Below are positions 32,362-41,914 of a stretch of 64,000 bases of DNA, piece after piece. The stretch's first letter is position 1; each line of letters starts with the position of its first letter. The stretch is from an uncultured delta proteobacterium (GTDB lineage: Bacteria; Desulfobacterota; Binatia; UBA9968). The stretch is from positions 480,001 to 544,000 of the forward strand of contig CAVUZH010000016.1 of assembly GCA_963745835.1 (NCBI GenBank), given 5' to 3'. The notes beneath the pieces were generated by a model. The model worked only from the letters and a program-made list of their open reading frames with translations, was not told where the DNA came from and searched no databases. Position numbers and translations under genes: made by a program.

Positions 32362-33768
32362 ATGTCCGCCTCTCTCCTCACCGATTCCGCGTATAATTTA
32401 AACCTGCCCGTCAAGCATCTGATCAAGCGCGCGCCGGTCTTCATCGATGCCGATGCGTCCGTGGCAGCGGCGGCCTCGACGATGCAACAAGCCGGAATCG
32501 GCTCGGTACTGATCGCAGGCGATTTGCCCGGGATTATCACCGATCGCGATCTCCGCGGCCGCGTGTTGGCGGCAGGCCTCGGTCCGGATGCGCGTGTCAG
32601 TCAAGTGATGTCACGGCCGGTGAAGACAATCGATGCCAACGCGCCGATCTTTGCCGCTTTACAACTCATGCTGGAGAATAACATTCACCACTTGGCCGTC
32701 GTCGATGCGGCATCGATTACCGGGGTTATCAGCGGCACCGATCTTCTGCGTCACCAGATCAACAATCCGCTGTACCTCCGGCGCACCTTGGATCAACTCC
32801 AAGAACCGTCGGCACTGGGTAATTATGCGAGCGAGATTGCAGCATTGGTCGAAAAGCTTTTCACCGGCGGTGTGTCGGCCACTGAGATCGGCCGGATCGT
32901 CTCCAGCCTCAATGATGCTCTGGTGAGGCGGTTGGTCTATCTTGGCGAACAGAGTCTTGGCGCGCCACCGGCGCCATTTGCATGGATCGTCTTCGGCTCT
33001 GAAGGACGATTGGAACAAGCCTTACTGACTGACCAGGACAATGCGTTGGTCTATGAGAGCGAATCTGCAGCGGCGCAAAATTACTTCACAGCCTTGGCGA
33101 AATATATTGTGGAGGCGCTGATCCAAGTCGGCTTTCCGCCTTGCGCGGGAGGCTACATGGCAACCAAATGGTGCAAGCCGTTAAACGAATGGCAAGGGCT
33201 TTTTATCCGCAATATACAAACCCCCGAACCGCAAGCGCTGTTAGAGAGCGCGATTTTCTTCGACTTCCGCGCGGTAGCCGGTGATCTCTCTTTGACACCT
33301 TTGGAAAAAACACTTGCGGGCGCGCGCCATGAAAAGCTCTTCTTATCGCACATGATTCGCGGAGCCCTTGAACTTCGCCCGCCACTGGGCTTCTTCAACA
33401 GAATTCGCGCTGAGAACGGCAAAGTGGATCTGAAAAAAGGCGGCATCGGACCGATCGTGGCTTTGGCACGCGCCGCTGCGCTGTGCGCCGGTTCACATGA
33501 GCGTCCCACGCTCGCGAGATTGGAAGCAGCCGGCGCGACGGGCTCACTCCTCAATGACGAAAACGCTCGCACGCTGAGCGAGATATTTTCTTTTCTCCTG
33601 CACCTGCGGCTGCGCCGGCAACTCACTGCTTATCGTCATAAACAGCCCCTTGATCATGCGATCATCCTAGCAGAGCTATCGACTTTGGAGCGGCGCCATT
33701 TGCAAGAAGCATTTGTCATGATCAAGCGGATCCAGGACGCGCTTATGCTTGACAGTGCGTATCCATGA
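32362..33768 (+). CDS. CBS-pair + DUF294 nucleotidyltransferase-like protein
   Basis: GIITDRDLR, IHHLAV; FGSEGRLEQ..TDQDNAL, CAGGYMA, IFFDFR, DLKKGG; usual actP neighbour. Confidence 0.9.
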   Translation: MSASLLTDSAYNLNLPVKHLIKRAPVFIDADASVAAAASTMQQAGIGSVLIAGDLPGIITDRDLRGRVLAAGLGPDARVSQVMSRPVKTIDANAPIFAALQLMLENNIHHLAVVDAASITGVISGTDLLRHQINNPLYLRRTLDQLQEPSALGNYASEIAALVEKLFTGGVSATEIGRIVSSLNDALVRRLVYLGEQSLGAPPAPFAWIVFGSEGRLEQALLTDQDNALVYESESAAAQNYFTALAKYIVEALIQVGFPPCAGGYMATKWCKPLNEWQGLFIRNIQTPEPQALLESAIFFDFRAVAGDLSLTPLEKTLAGARHEKLFLSHMIRGALELRPPLGFFNRIRAENGKVDLKKGGIGPIVALARAAALCAGSHERPTLARLEAAGATGSLLNDENARTLSEIFSFLLHLRLRRQLTAYRHKQPLDHAIILAELSTLERRHLQEAFVMIKRIQDALMLDSAYP

Positions 33769-33828
33769 CAATAGATTCGATGACCACGAACAAAGGAGCC
33801 GCCTACGTCCAAGCAGCAACAAGAGTCG

Positions 33829-34647
33829 TTGAAAGTCGTGCCCATCGATGAGGCGCATCCGCCGAGCTCGAACTTGTGGCTGGCGCGCTTGCGTGAGATT
33901 GCATCCAACTGGCTTGGAATCATCGGCATCTTAGTATTTTTTCTAGCTTGGGAAATCGCAACCCGCACCCACATTCTCAATCCGTTTTACTTTCCGCCAT
34001 TTTCGCAGATCCTCGCCAAAGGCTATGAGCTGTTCGCCAACGGATCGATCTGGGAGCACATGCGCTTCAGCCTGACCAATTTCTCCATCGGTTTTCTGAT
34101 TTCGGTGATACTCGGAGTCGTCATCGGCGTTCCAATGGGCTGGTATCGCAACCTCAGCAAGGCTTTTGATCCGCTGCTCTCGGGTATTTACGCCACTCCG
34201 CTGATTGCCTTGCTACCCTTGATCATCATGGTTTTCGGCCTGGGCCCGATATCGAAAATCATCATGACGATTCTTGCCGCAGTGTTTCCGATCCTGATCA
34301 ATACCATGGTGGGCATCGCCAACACGGACCATCGTCTGATTACGATGGCGCGTGCCTTCGGCGCCAAGGACAGCACCATCTTTCTCAAAGTCTCGGTTCC
34401 GGGATCGCTTCCTTACATTGTCGCCGGCATGCGCGTGGCCCTGGGCCGCGCCTTGGTCTACATCGTCGTCGCCGAGCAATACGGCGCGGCAACCGGTCTC
34501 GGCTATCTGAGCTCAGTGGCGGCGCAACGTTTTCAGATGTCGGCGATGTTCGTTCCCATCGTTATTATCGCGGTTCTCGGCGCCACTTTGAACGAGCTGC
34601 TCAAAGCATTCGAGCAGCGTCTGGAAAAGTGGAAGCCGCAAAAGTAA
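33829..34647 (+). CDS. ABC permease, NitT/TauC/SsuC family (true start probably near 33765)
   Basis: FPPFSQI, ATPLIALLP, FPILINT, MARAFGA..PGSLPYI, VVAE..ATGLGY. Confidence 0.9.
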   Translation: MKVVPIDEAHPPSSNLWLARLREIASNWLGIIGILVFFLAWEIATRTHILNPFYFPPFSQILAKGYELFANGSIWEHMRFSLTNFSIGFLISVILGVVIGVPMGWYRNLSKAFDPLLSGIYATPLIALLPLIIMVFGLGPISKIIMTILAAVFPILINTMVGIANTDHRLITMARAFGAKDSTIFLKVSVPGSLPYIVAGMRVALGRALVYIVVAEQYGAATGLGYLSSVAAQRFQMSAMFVPIVIIAVLGATLNELLKAFEQRLEKWKPQK

Positions 34648-34683
34648 GCGGCGTGCTCGCGGATTCAACGCAGGAGGAAATCG

Positions 34684-35679
34684 ATGAATGCAGCTAGGAT
34701 TTCATTACAAACGTTGATGCTGACTCTCTTGATCCTGACATTTGGGATTTCGCAGGGCTTGGCTCAGGGAGCGAAAATGAATGTCGGCCAGGCGGGGGTC
34801 AATCCGGGCGCCGGCCTTTTCGTCATCGCCGAGAAAGAAAACCTGTATAAGAAGCACGGGCTCGATGTCAGCATCGTTAAGACCAATACTACAGCCGCGG
34901 TTCAGGCAATGCTCGGCGGGAGCATGCAGATGGCGACCGGCGCAGGCGCCGCGGCTTTTGTCACCGCGACACTGGAAGGCGCTCCGCCGTTCGTGCTGGT
35001 CGGCTCATGGGTCAATGTTTTTCCTTATAAGATCATGGCGCAGAAAGACATCAAGAAAATCGCCGATCTGAAAGGCAAGACCGGCCATGTCGGCGCGCCG
35101 TTCGGTACCATCCCCGACACCGCTCTGAGATTTGCGTTGAACCGATTGAAGATCGATCCGGAAAAGGATGTAAAGCTGGTTCAGCATTCCAGCGCCGACC
35201 CCGCGAGTATTCTTGCCGCGATGGAAAAGGGCGATGTGCAGTTCGGCATCTTCGCCCCGCCCTTCGATCTCATCGCCGAAAAACGCGGTTATGAAATGCT
35301 GCTCGCGCTACCGGGATTGGGCATCCCATGGCAACAGAACGGGGAGCTCCTGCCACGCTCGTATTTGAAGACCAACCGCGACAACGTTGTGCGCTTCATG
35401 AGAGCCACGACTGAGGCGATGAGGTTCTTTTTCGAACAGAAAGAAAAAAGTATCAATTACATGGCGCCCTATTTGGGCCGCAGCCGCGAAGAAACCGAAT
35501 ACGCTTATAACATGTATAGAAACTGGGTCGATGTCAGTCCTCGCCCGAAGATCGAAACGATTCGCACCACATTGGAAGCCATCAAAAAGAATACTCCGAA
35601 AGCGGCAAACGCAGACCCGGCCTCCTTTATCGATACCAGTATTGTCGATCAGCTGGTCAAAGAAGGTTATGTGAAGTAG
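34684..35679 (+). CDS. ABC substrate-binding protein, NMT1/THI5/TauA-like
   Basis: AGGAGG RBS, signal peptide; KKHGLDV, IADLKGK, IDPEKDV, FIDTSIVDQL. Confidence 0.88.
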   Translation: MNAARISLQTLMLTLLILTFGISQGLAQGAKMNVGQAGVNPGAGLFVIAEKENLYKKHGLDVSIVKTNTTAAVQAMLGGSMQMATGAGAAAFVTATLEGAPPFVLVGSWVNVFPYKIMAQKDIKKIADLKGKTGHVGAPFGTIPDTALRFALNRLKIDPEKDVKLVQHSSADPASILAAMEKGDVQFGIFAPPFDLIAEKRGYEMLLALPGLGIPWQQNGELLPRSYLKTNRDNVVRFMRATTEAMRFFFEQKEKSINYMAPYLGRSREETEYAYNMYRNWVDVSPRPKIETIRTTLEAIKKNTPKAANADPASFIDTSIVDQLVKEGYVK

Positions 35680-35730
35680 AGTTCCGTTCCCATTGCCGTA
35701 GACTGTATCATCAGAGTGTTAAACTCTCTC

Positions 35731-35865
35731 ACAGGCTGCTCAAAAAGACTCAAATGCAAGGCGCGCGATCTGAATTATGAAGAATGACATCTGAAAACAA
35801 ACTCCGGCAGAAGTCTTGTTTAATTTTTCCGCTTTCATCCTTCCGTTGTCGCTTGAGCAGCCTGT
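35731..35865. mobile_element. MITE-like element
   Basis: Perfect 13-bp terminal inverted repeats ACAGGCTGCTCAA / TTGAGCAGCCTGT; left end CAGGCTGCTCAAAAAG...AGGCGCGCGA shared with 53721. Confidence 0.7.
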
Positions 35866-35871
35866 CCTGGT

Positions 35872-35900
35872 TTGACGCTCTTGGGGTGCAGTGTTAGCAT
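35872..35900 (+). promoter_or_regulatory. Sigma70 promoter of the LLM gene
   Basis: TTGACG-N17-TAGCAT with TGn extended -10. Confidence 0.65.
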
Positions 35901-35931
35901 CCGAGAGTTGCCCTAAGGAGAAAATGAAGAC

Positions 35932-37068
35932 GTGAAGCTATATAATTTCGATCTCCTCGCCTATCCCCACGTTCCCAAAGACGCTCCGCGCACGCCGGTG
36001 CCAAGCAATTTTTTCGATCCGATAAAAGGCGCCGCCAACTATGCCGAACACCTCGACGAGATGACCTACTGTGAAGAGCTTGGCCTCGACGGCGTTGTTT
36101 TCAATGAGCATCACTATAGTTCCTACGGCACCATGCCGTCGCCAAATCTTATCGCCGCTGCTTTGAGCCAGAGAACCAAGAAAATCAAAATCGGCGTGCT
36201 CGGAAACATTCTTCCGCTGCGCGATCACCCGGTGCGCGTTGCCGAAGAATACGCGATGATCGACTGCCTTTCGAAGGGCCGGTTGATCGCTGGGTTCGTG
36301 CGCGGCATTCCTGCGGAGTATGTATGGTACGGAGTAAATCCGGAAGAATCCCGCGGGCGATTTCAAGAAGCTTATGATCTGATCATGACCGCTTGGACCA
36401 ATTCGGTCTGGAGCTTCGAGGGAGAATTTTACAAGCTCAAAGATTGCGCCATCTGGCCTCGCCCGGTCCAGCAACCCCACCCGCCCATTTGGATTGCTGC
36501 GCGTAGCGCGGAGTCCATCGAGTGGTGCGTTAAGCGGCACCTGCCGTGCGCGCAGGTGTACCAGACCACGGGTCAGATCGAAGATACCTTCAACTACTAC
36601 CGTAGCAAGGCGAAGGAGGATGGATGGGAAGCCCAGCCGGACGATTTTATTCTATGCCGTCACATCTATATCGATGATTCGAACAAGAAAGCTCAAGAGA
36701 TCGCCGAGCCGGCAATGCGGTATTTTTTCTCCGTCTACAATCGGGGCTTTAACGATGCCATTAACCAAGCAGCGGCGGATCAACAGAAACTCCTGGCCAA
36801 GCTCACCAGCGAACGCTCTTTCAACTACTTCCGCGAAGGCAATCGTTCACGGATCGATTTTTCAACGCTTGGCTGGGACGATTTGGTAAAGAGCGGTTAT
36901 ATGATCGCCGGCGACCCCGACAGCGTTGCGCGCCAGATTCACGATCAGATGAAGCAAATCGGCGCGGACCACTTCATGGGCATGTTCCACATCGGTAATC
37001 TCGCTCATGAGAAAGTCATTTCTTCTCTCAATCTCTTCAAGAAAGAAATCATGCCAAGACTGAACTGA
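35932..37068 (+). CDS. LLM-class (luciferase-like) flavin-dependent oxidoreductase
   Basis: FNEHH, PSPNL, PVRVAEEYAMID, GFVRG, PRPVQQPHPPIW, IAGDPD. Confidence 0.92.
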   Translation: MKLYNFDLLAYPHVPKDAPRTPVPSNFFDPIKGAANYAEHLDEMTYCEELGLDGVVFNEHHYSSYGTMPSPNLIAAALSQRTKKIKIGVLGNILPLRDHPVRVAEEYAMIDCLSKGRLIAGFVRGIPAEYVWYGVNPEESRGRFQEAYDLIMTAWTNSVWSFEGEFYKLKDCAIWPRPVQQPHPPIWIAARSAESIEWCVKRHLPCAQVYQTTGQIEDTFNYYRSKAKEDGWEAQPDDFILCRHIYIDDSNKKAQEIAEPAMRYFFSVYNRGFNDAINQAAADQQKLLAKLTSERSFNYFREGNRSRIDFSTLGWDDLVKSGYMIAGDPDSVARQIHDQMKQIGADHFMGMFHIGNLAHEKVISSLNLFKKEIMPRLN

Positions 37069-37146
37069 CGGCAGAGTCGACCCACTTTCATTATTCGAAG
37101 CGTAATGCCTGTGCTCAGTCCCAGGTTTCAACCGGAAGGAGTTAAG

Positions 37147-38127
37147 ATGAAGCTCTCTTCGATTCTGGTTTCAGCGTTGACGCTCGTGTCGATGCTGATC
37201 AGCAGCCCACAAGCAGCGGAGAAGCTCGTCGCCGACTATGGCGGACTCTCCGGCTTTCAAAGCACTGTGTGGGTGGCAAAGGATCTAAAGATATTCGATA
37301 AGCACGGCCTGGATGTCGATGTAATCATGATCAACGGCAGTGCTCGTTCAGTGGCCGCCCTGCTGGGCGGCAGCACCCAGTTTGCCACAGGCTCGGCAAC
37401 CGGTCCGATCGTAGCCGCAGCTCGCGGCGCCGACCTAAAAGTCATCGCCGCTTCGTACAACAAATTTCCTTACGCCTTTATCGTAAAGCCCGAGATTCGC
37501 ACACCCAAGGATTTGCGCGGCAAGAAAGTTAACATTCTCAACTTTGGCGGTTCCAATGATCTTGCCCTTCAGCTGGCGTTGAAGGAATGGGGTTTGAAGC
37601 TGCCGGATATTCAAGTCATGATCGGCGGCGATGCGCCTACCCGTCTCGCATCGCTGATGACGGGCCGAACTGACGCCACGATACTTTCACCGCCGCATCT
37701 GACGAAGGCGGTTCAGGCGGGCTATCGGGTATTAGCCGATATGGGCGAGATGAGCGCTAACTTCACGCAGTCCTCTCTCTACATCAAAGGCAGTTTTCTT
37801 CGGGAAGACCGCGATCGGGTGAAGCGTTTCGTGCGGGCCTACTCGGAAGCCGTCCACGCGATGAAGAATGACCGGGAGAGAACCTTGAAGGTGTTTGCCA
37901 AACGCATGCGCATTGATGATGCGGAAACGCTTCACTCCACCTATAATTATTTCGCGCCGCGTTTTTCACTGCCGCCGCGGGTCGACTTATCCGGTGTGCG
38001 GGATACGATCAGATTCTATGCCGAACATAATCCAGAACTAAAGAACCGCACTGCGGAGGAGTTCATCGATCATTCGCTGCTCGATGAGATTGAAAAAGAG
38101 GGATTCTTCAAGAAGCTGGGCGGCTAG
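37147..38127 (+). CDS. ABC substrate-binding protein, NMT1/THI5/TauA-like
   Basis: Signal peptide; WVAKD..KHGLDV, ALLGG, DLRGKK, FGGSND, FIDHSLLDE. Confidence 0.9.
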   Translation: MKLSSILVSALTLVSMLISSPQAAEKLVADYGGLSGFQSTVWVAKDLKIFDKHGLDVDVIMINGSARSVAALLGGSTQFATGSATGPIVAAARGADLKVIAASYNKFPYAFIVKPEIRTPKDLRGKKVNILNFGGSNDLALQLALKEWGLKLPDIQVMIGGDAPTRLASLMTGRTDATILSPPHLTKAVQAGYRVLADMGEMSANFTQSSLYIKGSFLREDRDRVKRFVRAYSEAVHAMKNDRERTLKVFAKRMRIDDAETLHSTYNYFAPRFSLPPRVDLSGVRDTIRFYAEHNPELKNRTAEEFIDHSLLDEIEKEGFFKKLGG

Positions 38128-38190
38128 CGCGCATTACTCACACAACAAAGAAACCCAAGAACGCTTTAGGACAAACTGTCCGCGCACGCA

Positions 38191-38359
38191 GAGCGGTGAG
38201 GCTGGAGAGGCAAAGGCACGCGAACGTAAAAGTGCAAAGACCTCTTGGACGCTTGGCCGAAACTTTCAAAGCCTTTTCCTGCGGTCGCTCCTTTACTGGC
38301 AAGTCACGGGCCTCCTCAAGGCACAGACCATTGCCGTAGCCTTGGAAGCCTCGCCGCTC
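38191..38359 (+). repeat. Structured ~170-nt intergenic element, copy A (candidate ncRNA or MITE)
   Basis: Ends pair: GAGCGGTGAGGCT / AGCCTCGCCGCTC, then AGGC/GCCT and GGCA/TGCC; homologous to 53487-53659 (minus strand), including an exact 15-mer GGTGAGGCTGGAGAG. Confidence 0.7.
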
Positions 38360-38395
38360 GGCAACATATGCACCGCCTTCATAAAGACTGATCCG

Positions 38396-39370
38396 TCAGC
38401 GAATCTTTAATTCCGCTTGTGCTTTTTTTGCAAAGCTCCAGTCGACGACGTCGGACAAACCCAAATCATCCTTGGACTTTCGCGTGTCGCGCACCAGTTG
38501 AATAACGTTCTTCATTGTCTCATCCGAGGCGACGCCGTTTCGAGTGTAGATCCCGACGATATCGCGGTAAATGCCCTCGCGCACGTCGGCCTCTTTGATA
38601 CCCCATTTGCTTGCCATAATTGAAAGGATCTCGGCTTGGTTGTTTCGAATATAATTAACCCCTTTTAGCATGGCCTTGATCATCCTGACGATTTCATCGG
38701 GTTTTTCTTTCATTCTTTGGGTGTGAACGGTCAGGCCACCCAGCGGGATGCTCATAATCTCATTAAAAGAAAGAATCTCGTTGAATCCTCTTTTCGCGGC
38801 CAGCTTGTTGAAAGGCGGCACCAGCATCGCGGCGTCGATGGAACCGCTGTCCAATGCCGCATAACGGGAAGAACTGCCGCCGATCTGGAGAAACGTAACA
38901 TCCTTTTCCGGATTCATGCCGTACTTCCGGAGAATCATGACTGCTTCGCTGTGCGGAGTGCCGCCAAAACTGCTGATACCGAATTTTTTGCCCTTGAGAT
39001 CTTCAACCCTTTTGATGTTCGGGCTCGTCACCAGGTAATGGTCCGAGCCATCCATCACCGCCATCACGATGCGCACGGGAAGGCCCGAAAGAGCCGCTCC
39101 AACGAAATTCGAGAAGGTCCCGCCATAATCGACCTGGCGAGCGACAACGCCATTGACCACGACTTGGTTCTGCATCACAACCGAAACCGCGTTCAGGCCT
39201 TCGCTTTTGAAGAATCCTTTCTCTTCCGCAATTACGAACGGTAGGCCAGTGCTGCCGGTCTTGGTCGTGATCCCGAGACTGATACGATCCTGCGCTCTTG
39301 TTTCCTGCGCGGCCGCGAGCAGCAAGGTTAATGCAAGAAAGATCGCAAATCGACTTCTGTTCATTGCCAC
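38396..39370 (-). CDS. ABC substrate-binding protein, NMT1/THI5/TauA-like
   Basis: GGAGG RBS, signal peptide; EKGFFKSEGL, DLKGKKFGISSFG, MNPEKDV, VDWSF. Confidence 0.9.
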   Translation of the reverse strand: MAMNRSRFAIFLALTLLLAAAQETRAQDRISLGITTKTGSTGLPFVIAEEKGFFKSEGLNAVSVVMQNQVVVNGVVARQVDYGGTFSNFVGAALSGLPVRIVMAVMDGSDHYLVTSPNIKRVEDLKGKKFGISSFGGTPHSEAVMILRKYGMNPEKDVTFLQIGGSSSRYAALDSGSIDAAMLVPPFNKLAAKRGFNEILSFNEIMSIPLGGLTVHTQRMKEKPDEIVRMIKAMLKGVNYIRNNQAEILSIMASKWGIKEADVREGIYRDIVGIYTRNGVASDETMKNVIQLVRDTRKSKDDLGLSDVVDWSFAKKAQAELKIR

Positions 39371-39449
39371 CTCCGAAAGGATCTCGAGGTTATCTCTTCG
39401 GCGCAGCCACCCGCCTGCGGTTACGCCTGCCGTTCATCGTTGCGGTTCA

Positions 39450-39478
39450 CGCTTAAATGAGCGCTGGCATCCTGTCAA
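39450..39478 (-). promoter_or_regulatory. Putative sigma70 promoter
   Basis: TTGACA-N17-TAAGCG upstream of the 39370 start. Confidence 0.45.
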
Positions 39479-39831
39479 GACCGGCCGCCAGCAGGACTGC
39501 CGTAAGTTTAACGAGCTTTGCGAGAACCCTTACGCGGAGCTTTTAGGACTTTACAGTCGGAATCTCTCGCTGGTGTGCCTCTGTCGTTTCTCACGAGCCA
39601 ATGGCAACCAGCGCTGTTGATAGAGGCCTGTGAATGAACCGAATAACTGCACTTAGAGAGCAATGTCTTGTCCTCCTTACTGGTGTAAGTAGCATAATCA
39701 CAACAGATGCGGCGGCTGATGGACCGGAGGCGTCGGCGTGGGCGATTATATGTCCTGTATGTCTTCTCATATCCGCGTCGCATTCCTTCCACACGCAAAT
39801 ATCTGATCAAAAGTGTTGCAGGAGGGTAGTC

Positions 39832-39865
39832 TTGACAGTCATTTCATTTCGTTTATTCTAGAAAT
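39832..39865 (+). promoter_or_regulatory. ars promoter with overlapping ArsR operator
   Basis: TTGACA-N16-TATTCT ending 6 nt before the ATG; inverted repeat ATTTC-N10-GAAAT covers the -10 box. Confidence 0.7.
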
Positions 39866-40252
39866 ATGGAAATAAGGGAAGCGGTGCCAGCACTGGCCGC
39901 ACTCGCGCAGGAAACGCGGCTGGGAATTTTTCGTCTGCTCATCGAGGCAGGGCCCGAGGGCCTTTCGGTTGGACGGATCGGCGAGAAGCTTAAAGTGCCA
40001 GGAGCGACGCTCTCGTTTCATCTCAAGGAGTTGGCGCGCGCCGGCCTCATCACCGCGCGTCACGAAAAACAGTTCTTTTATTACGCTGTCGATTTTGTGC
40101 GCATGGCGGCGCTGATGACTTTTCTCACACAGAACTGCTGCCAGGGAATGCCGGAGGATTGTTTAAGTGGCGTCGAGAGTGCCCTCAGCCGATGCTGCGC
40201 GCCATCTTCAACCAGAACAAAGAAACCCAAAAGAAAAAGGAGTTGTTCATGA
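39866..40252 (+). CDS. arsR: ArsR/SmtB regulator with C-terminal CC-x6-C As(III) site
   Basis: LAALAQETRL.IFRLL, TLSFHLKEL, FLTQNCCQG...C. Confidence 0.92.
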   Translation: MEIREAVPALAALAQETRLGIFRLLIEAGPEGLSVGRIGEKLKVPGATLSFHLKELARAGLITARHEKQFFYYAVDFVRMAALMTFLTQNCCQGMPEDCLSGVESALSRCCAPSSTRTKKPKRKRSCS

Positions 40253-40707
40253 AAAGATTTCACGTGCATGTCTCGGTCGACAATCTTGCGGCCAGCGTTC
40301 GATTTTATTCGACTGTTTTTGGAACGTCGCCGACGGTTCTTAAAGACGATTACGCCAAATGGATGGTCGACGACCCGCGCGTCAACTTCGCGATATCGCG
40401 GCGCGGAACAAAATCCGGGCTGGATCATCTCGGCTTGCAAGTCGAGTCGGACGCAGAGCTGACTGAACTCCGTGAGCAAGTGGCGGCAGCGGAGCTAGCC
40501 GCGCTCGACCAGCCCAACGCAGAGTGCTGCTATGTGCGTTCCGACAAATACTGGACCACCGATCCGCAGGGCATTGCATGGGAAACTTTCCACACACTCG
40601 AATCAATCCCGGTGTATAGCGAGAGCGACCCGGTGGCGCCGAAAGCATGCTGCGCGCCCGCGTCGAAGGATTCAAACCTCGCCAAGGCCGAAACCTGTTG
40701 CGGGTAA
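40249..40707 (+). CDS. arsI: ArsI/CadI VOC-fold protein (C-As lyase-like)
   Basis: MKRFHVH, DYAKW..DDPRVNFAIS, LDHLG, CCYVRSDKYW..DPQG..WETF; ATGA overlap with arsR. Confidence 0.88.
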   Translation: MKRFHVHVSVDNLAASVRFYSTVFGTSPTVLKDDYAKWMVDDPRVNFAISRRGTKSGLDHLGLQVESDAELTELREQVAAAELAALDQPNAECCYVRSDKYWTTDPQGIAWETFHTLESIPVYSESDPVAPKACCAPASKDSNLAKAETCCG

Positions 40708-40716
40708 GGAGGGTTT

Positions 40717-41214
40717 ATGGCGGACGAACTGTTTAACGTTCTGTTCTTATGCTCGGGCAATTCATCGCGGAGCATCATGGCAGAAGGAATCCTCAACAGC
40801 ATCGGAAGGGGAAAGTTCCACGCGTTCAGCGCGGGAAGTCATCCGACCGGGCGCATTAATCCATTTGCGTTGGAACTGCTGGAAAAGAACCGCATTCCTA
40901 CCCAGGGCTTCCATAGCAAGGACTGGGGCCAGTTTTCACAACCAGGTGCCCCACCGATGCACTTTGTATTCACCGTTTGCGATCAAACGGCTGGTGAAAC
41001 CTGTCCTGTGTGGCCAGGGCAGCCGATGACTGCGCATTGGGGTATTTCCGATCCAGCCGCGGTCGACGGAACAGAGGACGAGAGGCGGAAAGCGTTCCTC
41101 AAAGCCTACACGGAACTTTATAAACGTATATCGCTGTTTACTTGTTTGCCATTCAAAACTTTGAGTAATCTCGCTCTCAAGCAAAAACTCGATGAAATTG
41201 GCCGTACCCAATGA
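40717..41214 (+). CDS. arsC: Arsenate reductase, LMW-PTP type
   Basis: FLCSGNSSRS, SAGS, TVCD..GETCPVWPG, HWGISDPA. Confidence 0.92.
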   Translation: MADELFNVLFLCSGNSSRSIMAEGILNSIGRGKFHAFSAGSHPTGRINPFALELLEKNRIPTQGFHSKDWGQFSQPGAPPMHFVFTVCDQTAGETCPVWPGQPMTAHWGISDPAAVDGTEDERRKAFLKAYTELYKRISLFTCLPFKTLSNLALKQKLDEIGRTQ

Positions 41215-41885
41215 CGCTCGGCAGAAAGGCCGCCGCCGAGGCGATCGGGACGGCGTTGCTGCTAGCCATCGTTGTGGGGTCGGGCATTATGGGTGAGCGC
41301 CTGGCTCAAGGGAATCTGGCCGTGGCTCTTTTGGCCAATTCTATTGCCACCGGGGCGGGACTCTATGGGCTGATCGTTATCTTCGCACCTATATCCGGTG
41401 CTCACTTCAATCCAGTGGTCTCTGCTGTGAGCGCGTGGAGAGGACAACTATACGCGTCCGATTGCGGTGTCTATGTAATGGCACAAGTGTCTGGAGCTTT
41501 CGCCGGAGTCGGCGCAGCGCACGCAATGTTCGGATTACCGATTTTACAGATTTCCGCCCATGCCCGGCCCACGCTCGGAGAGGGCTTGGGTGAAATCGTC
41601 GCGACCTTCGGCTTGATTCTGGTGATTTCGCTTGCAGGAAAATTCCGCGCCGAAGCGATTCCCATCGCAGTCGCCGCCTTCATTACCAGCGCATACTGGT
41701 TTACCTCTTCTACTTCCTTTGCCAATCCTGCTGTCACGTTCGCGCGGGCTATGACGGATACTTTCTCCGGAATATCTCCGCAAAGTGTGCCGCTGTTCGT
41801 CTGCGGCCAGCTGGTTGGTGGAGCGATCGCAATGATATTTGCGAGCTGGCTGCTCAGACGGGAGAAAGCAGCACCGGCCGGCTAG
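41211..41885 (+). CDS. MIP/aquaporin family arsenite channel (AqpS-like)
   Basis: VGSGIMGE, ISGAHFNPVV, AYWFTSSTSFANPAVT; within the ars operon. Confidence 0.9.
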   Translation: MTLGRKAAAEAIGTALLLAIVVGSGIMGERLAQGNLAVALLANSIATGAGLYGLIVIFAPISGAHFNPVVSAVSAWRGQLYASDCGVYVMAQVSGAFAGVGAAHAMFGLPILQISAHARPTLGEGLGEIVATFGLILVISLAGKFRAEAIPIAVAAFITSAYWFTSSTSFANPAVTFARAMTDTFSGISPQSVPLFVCGQLVGGAIAMIFASWLLRREKAAPAG

Positions 41886-41914
41886 TCACCGGCATCTTCT
41901 CCCATAACACCTTC

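Noticed and set aside
38191-38359. Lysine riboswitch or 6S RNA identity for the 170-nt element (AGAGG, GCGAAC, GCCGAA and GGAGGGCU are reminiscent)
   Set aside because: It lacks the GAAAGG and CUGUC blocks, and the copies are not in 5' leaders (copy A lies between convergent genes; copy B is upstream of the next promoter). I could not see a 6S-type central bubble.
38230-38385. HicB-like peptide YEGGAYVAE...LEEA on the minus strand
   Set aside because: There is no start or partner gene, and the region is better explained by the structured repeat.
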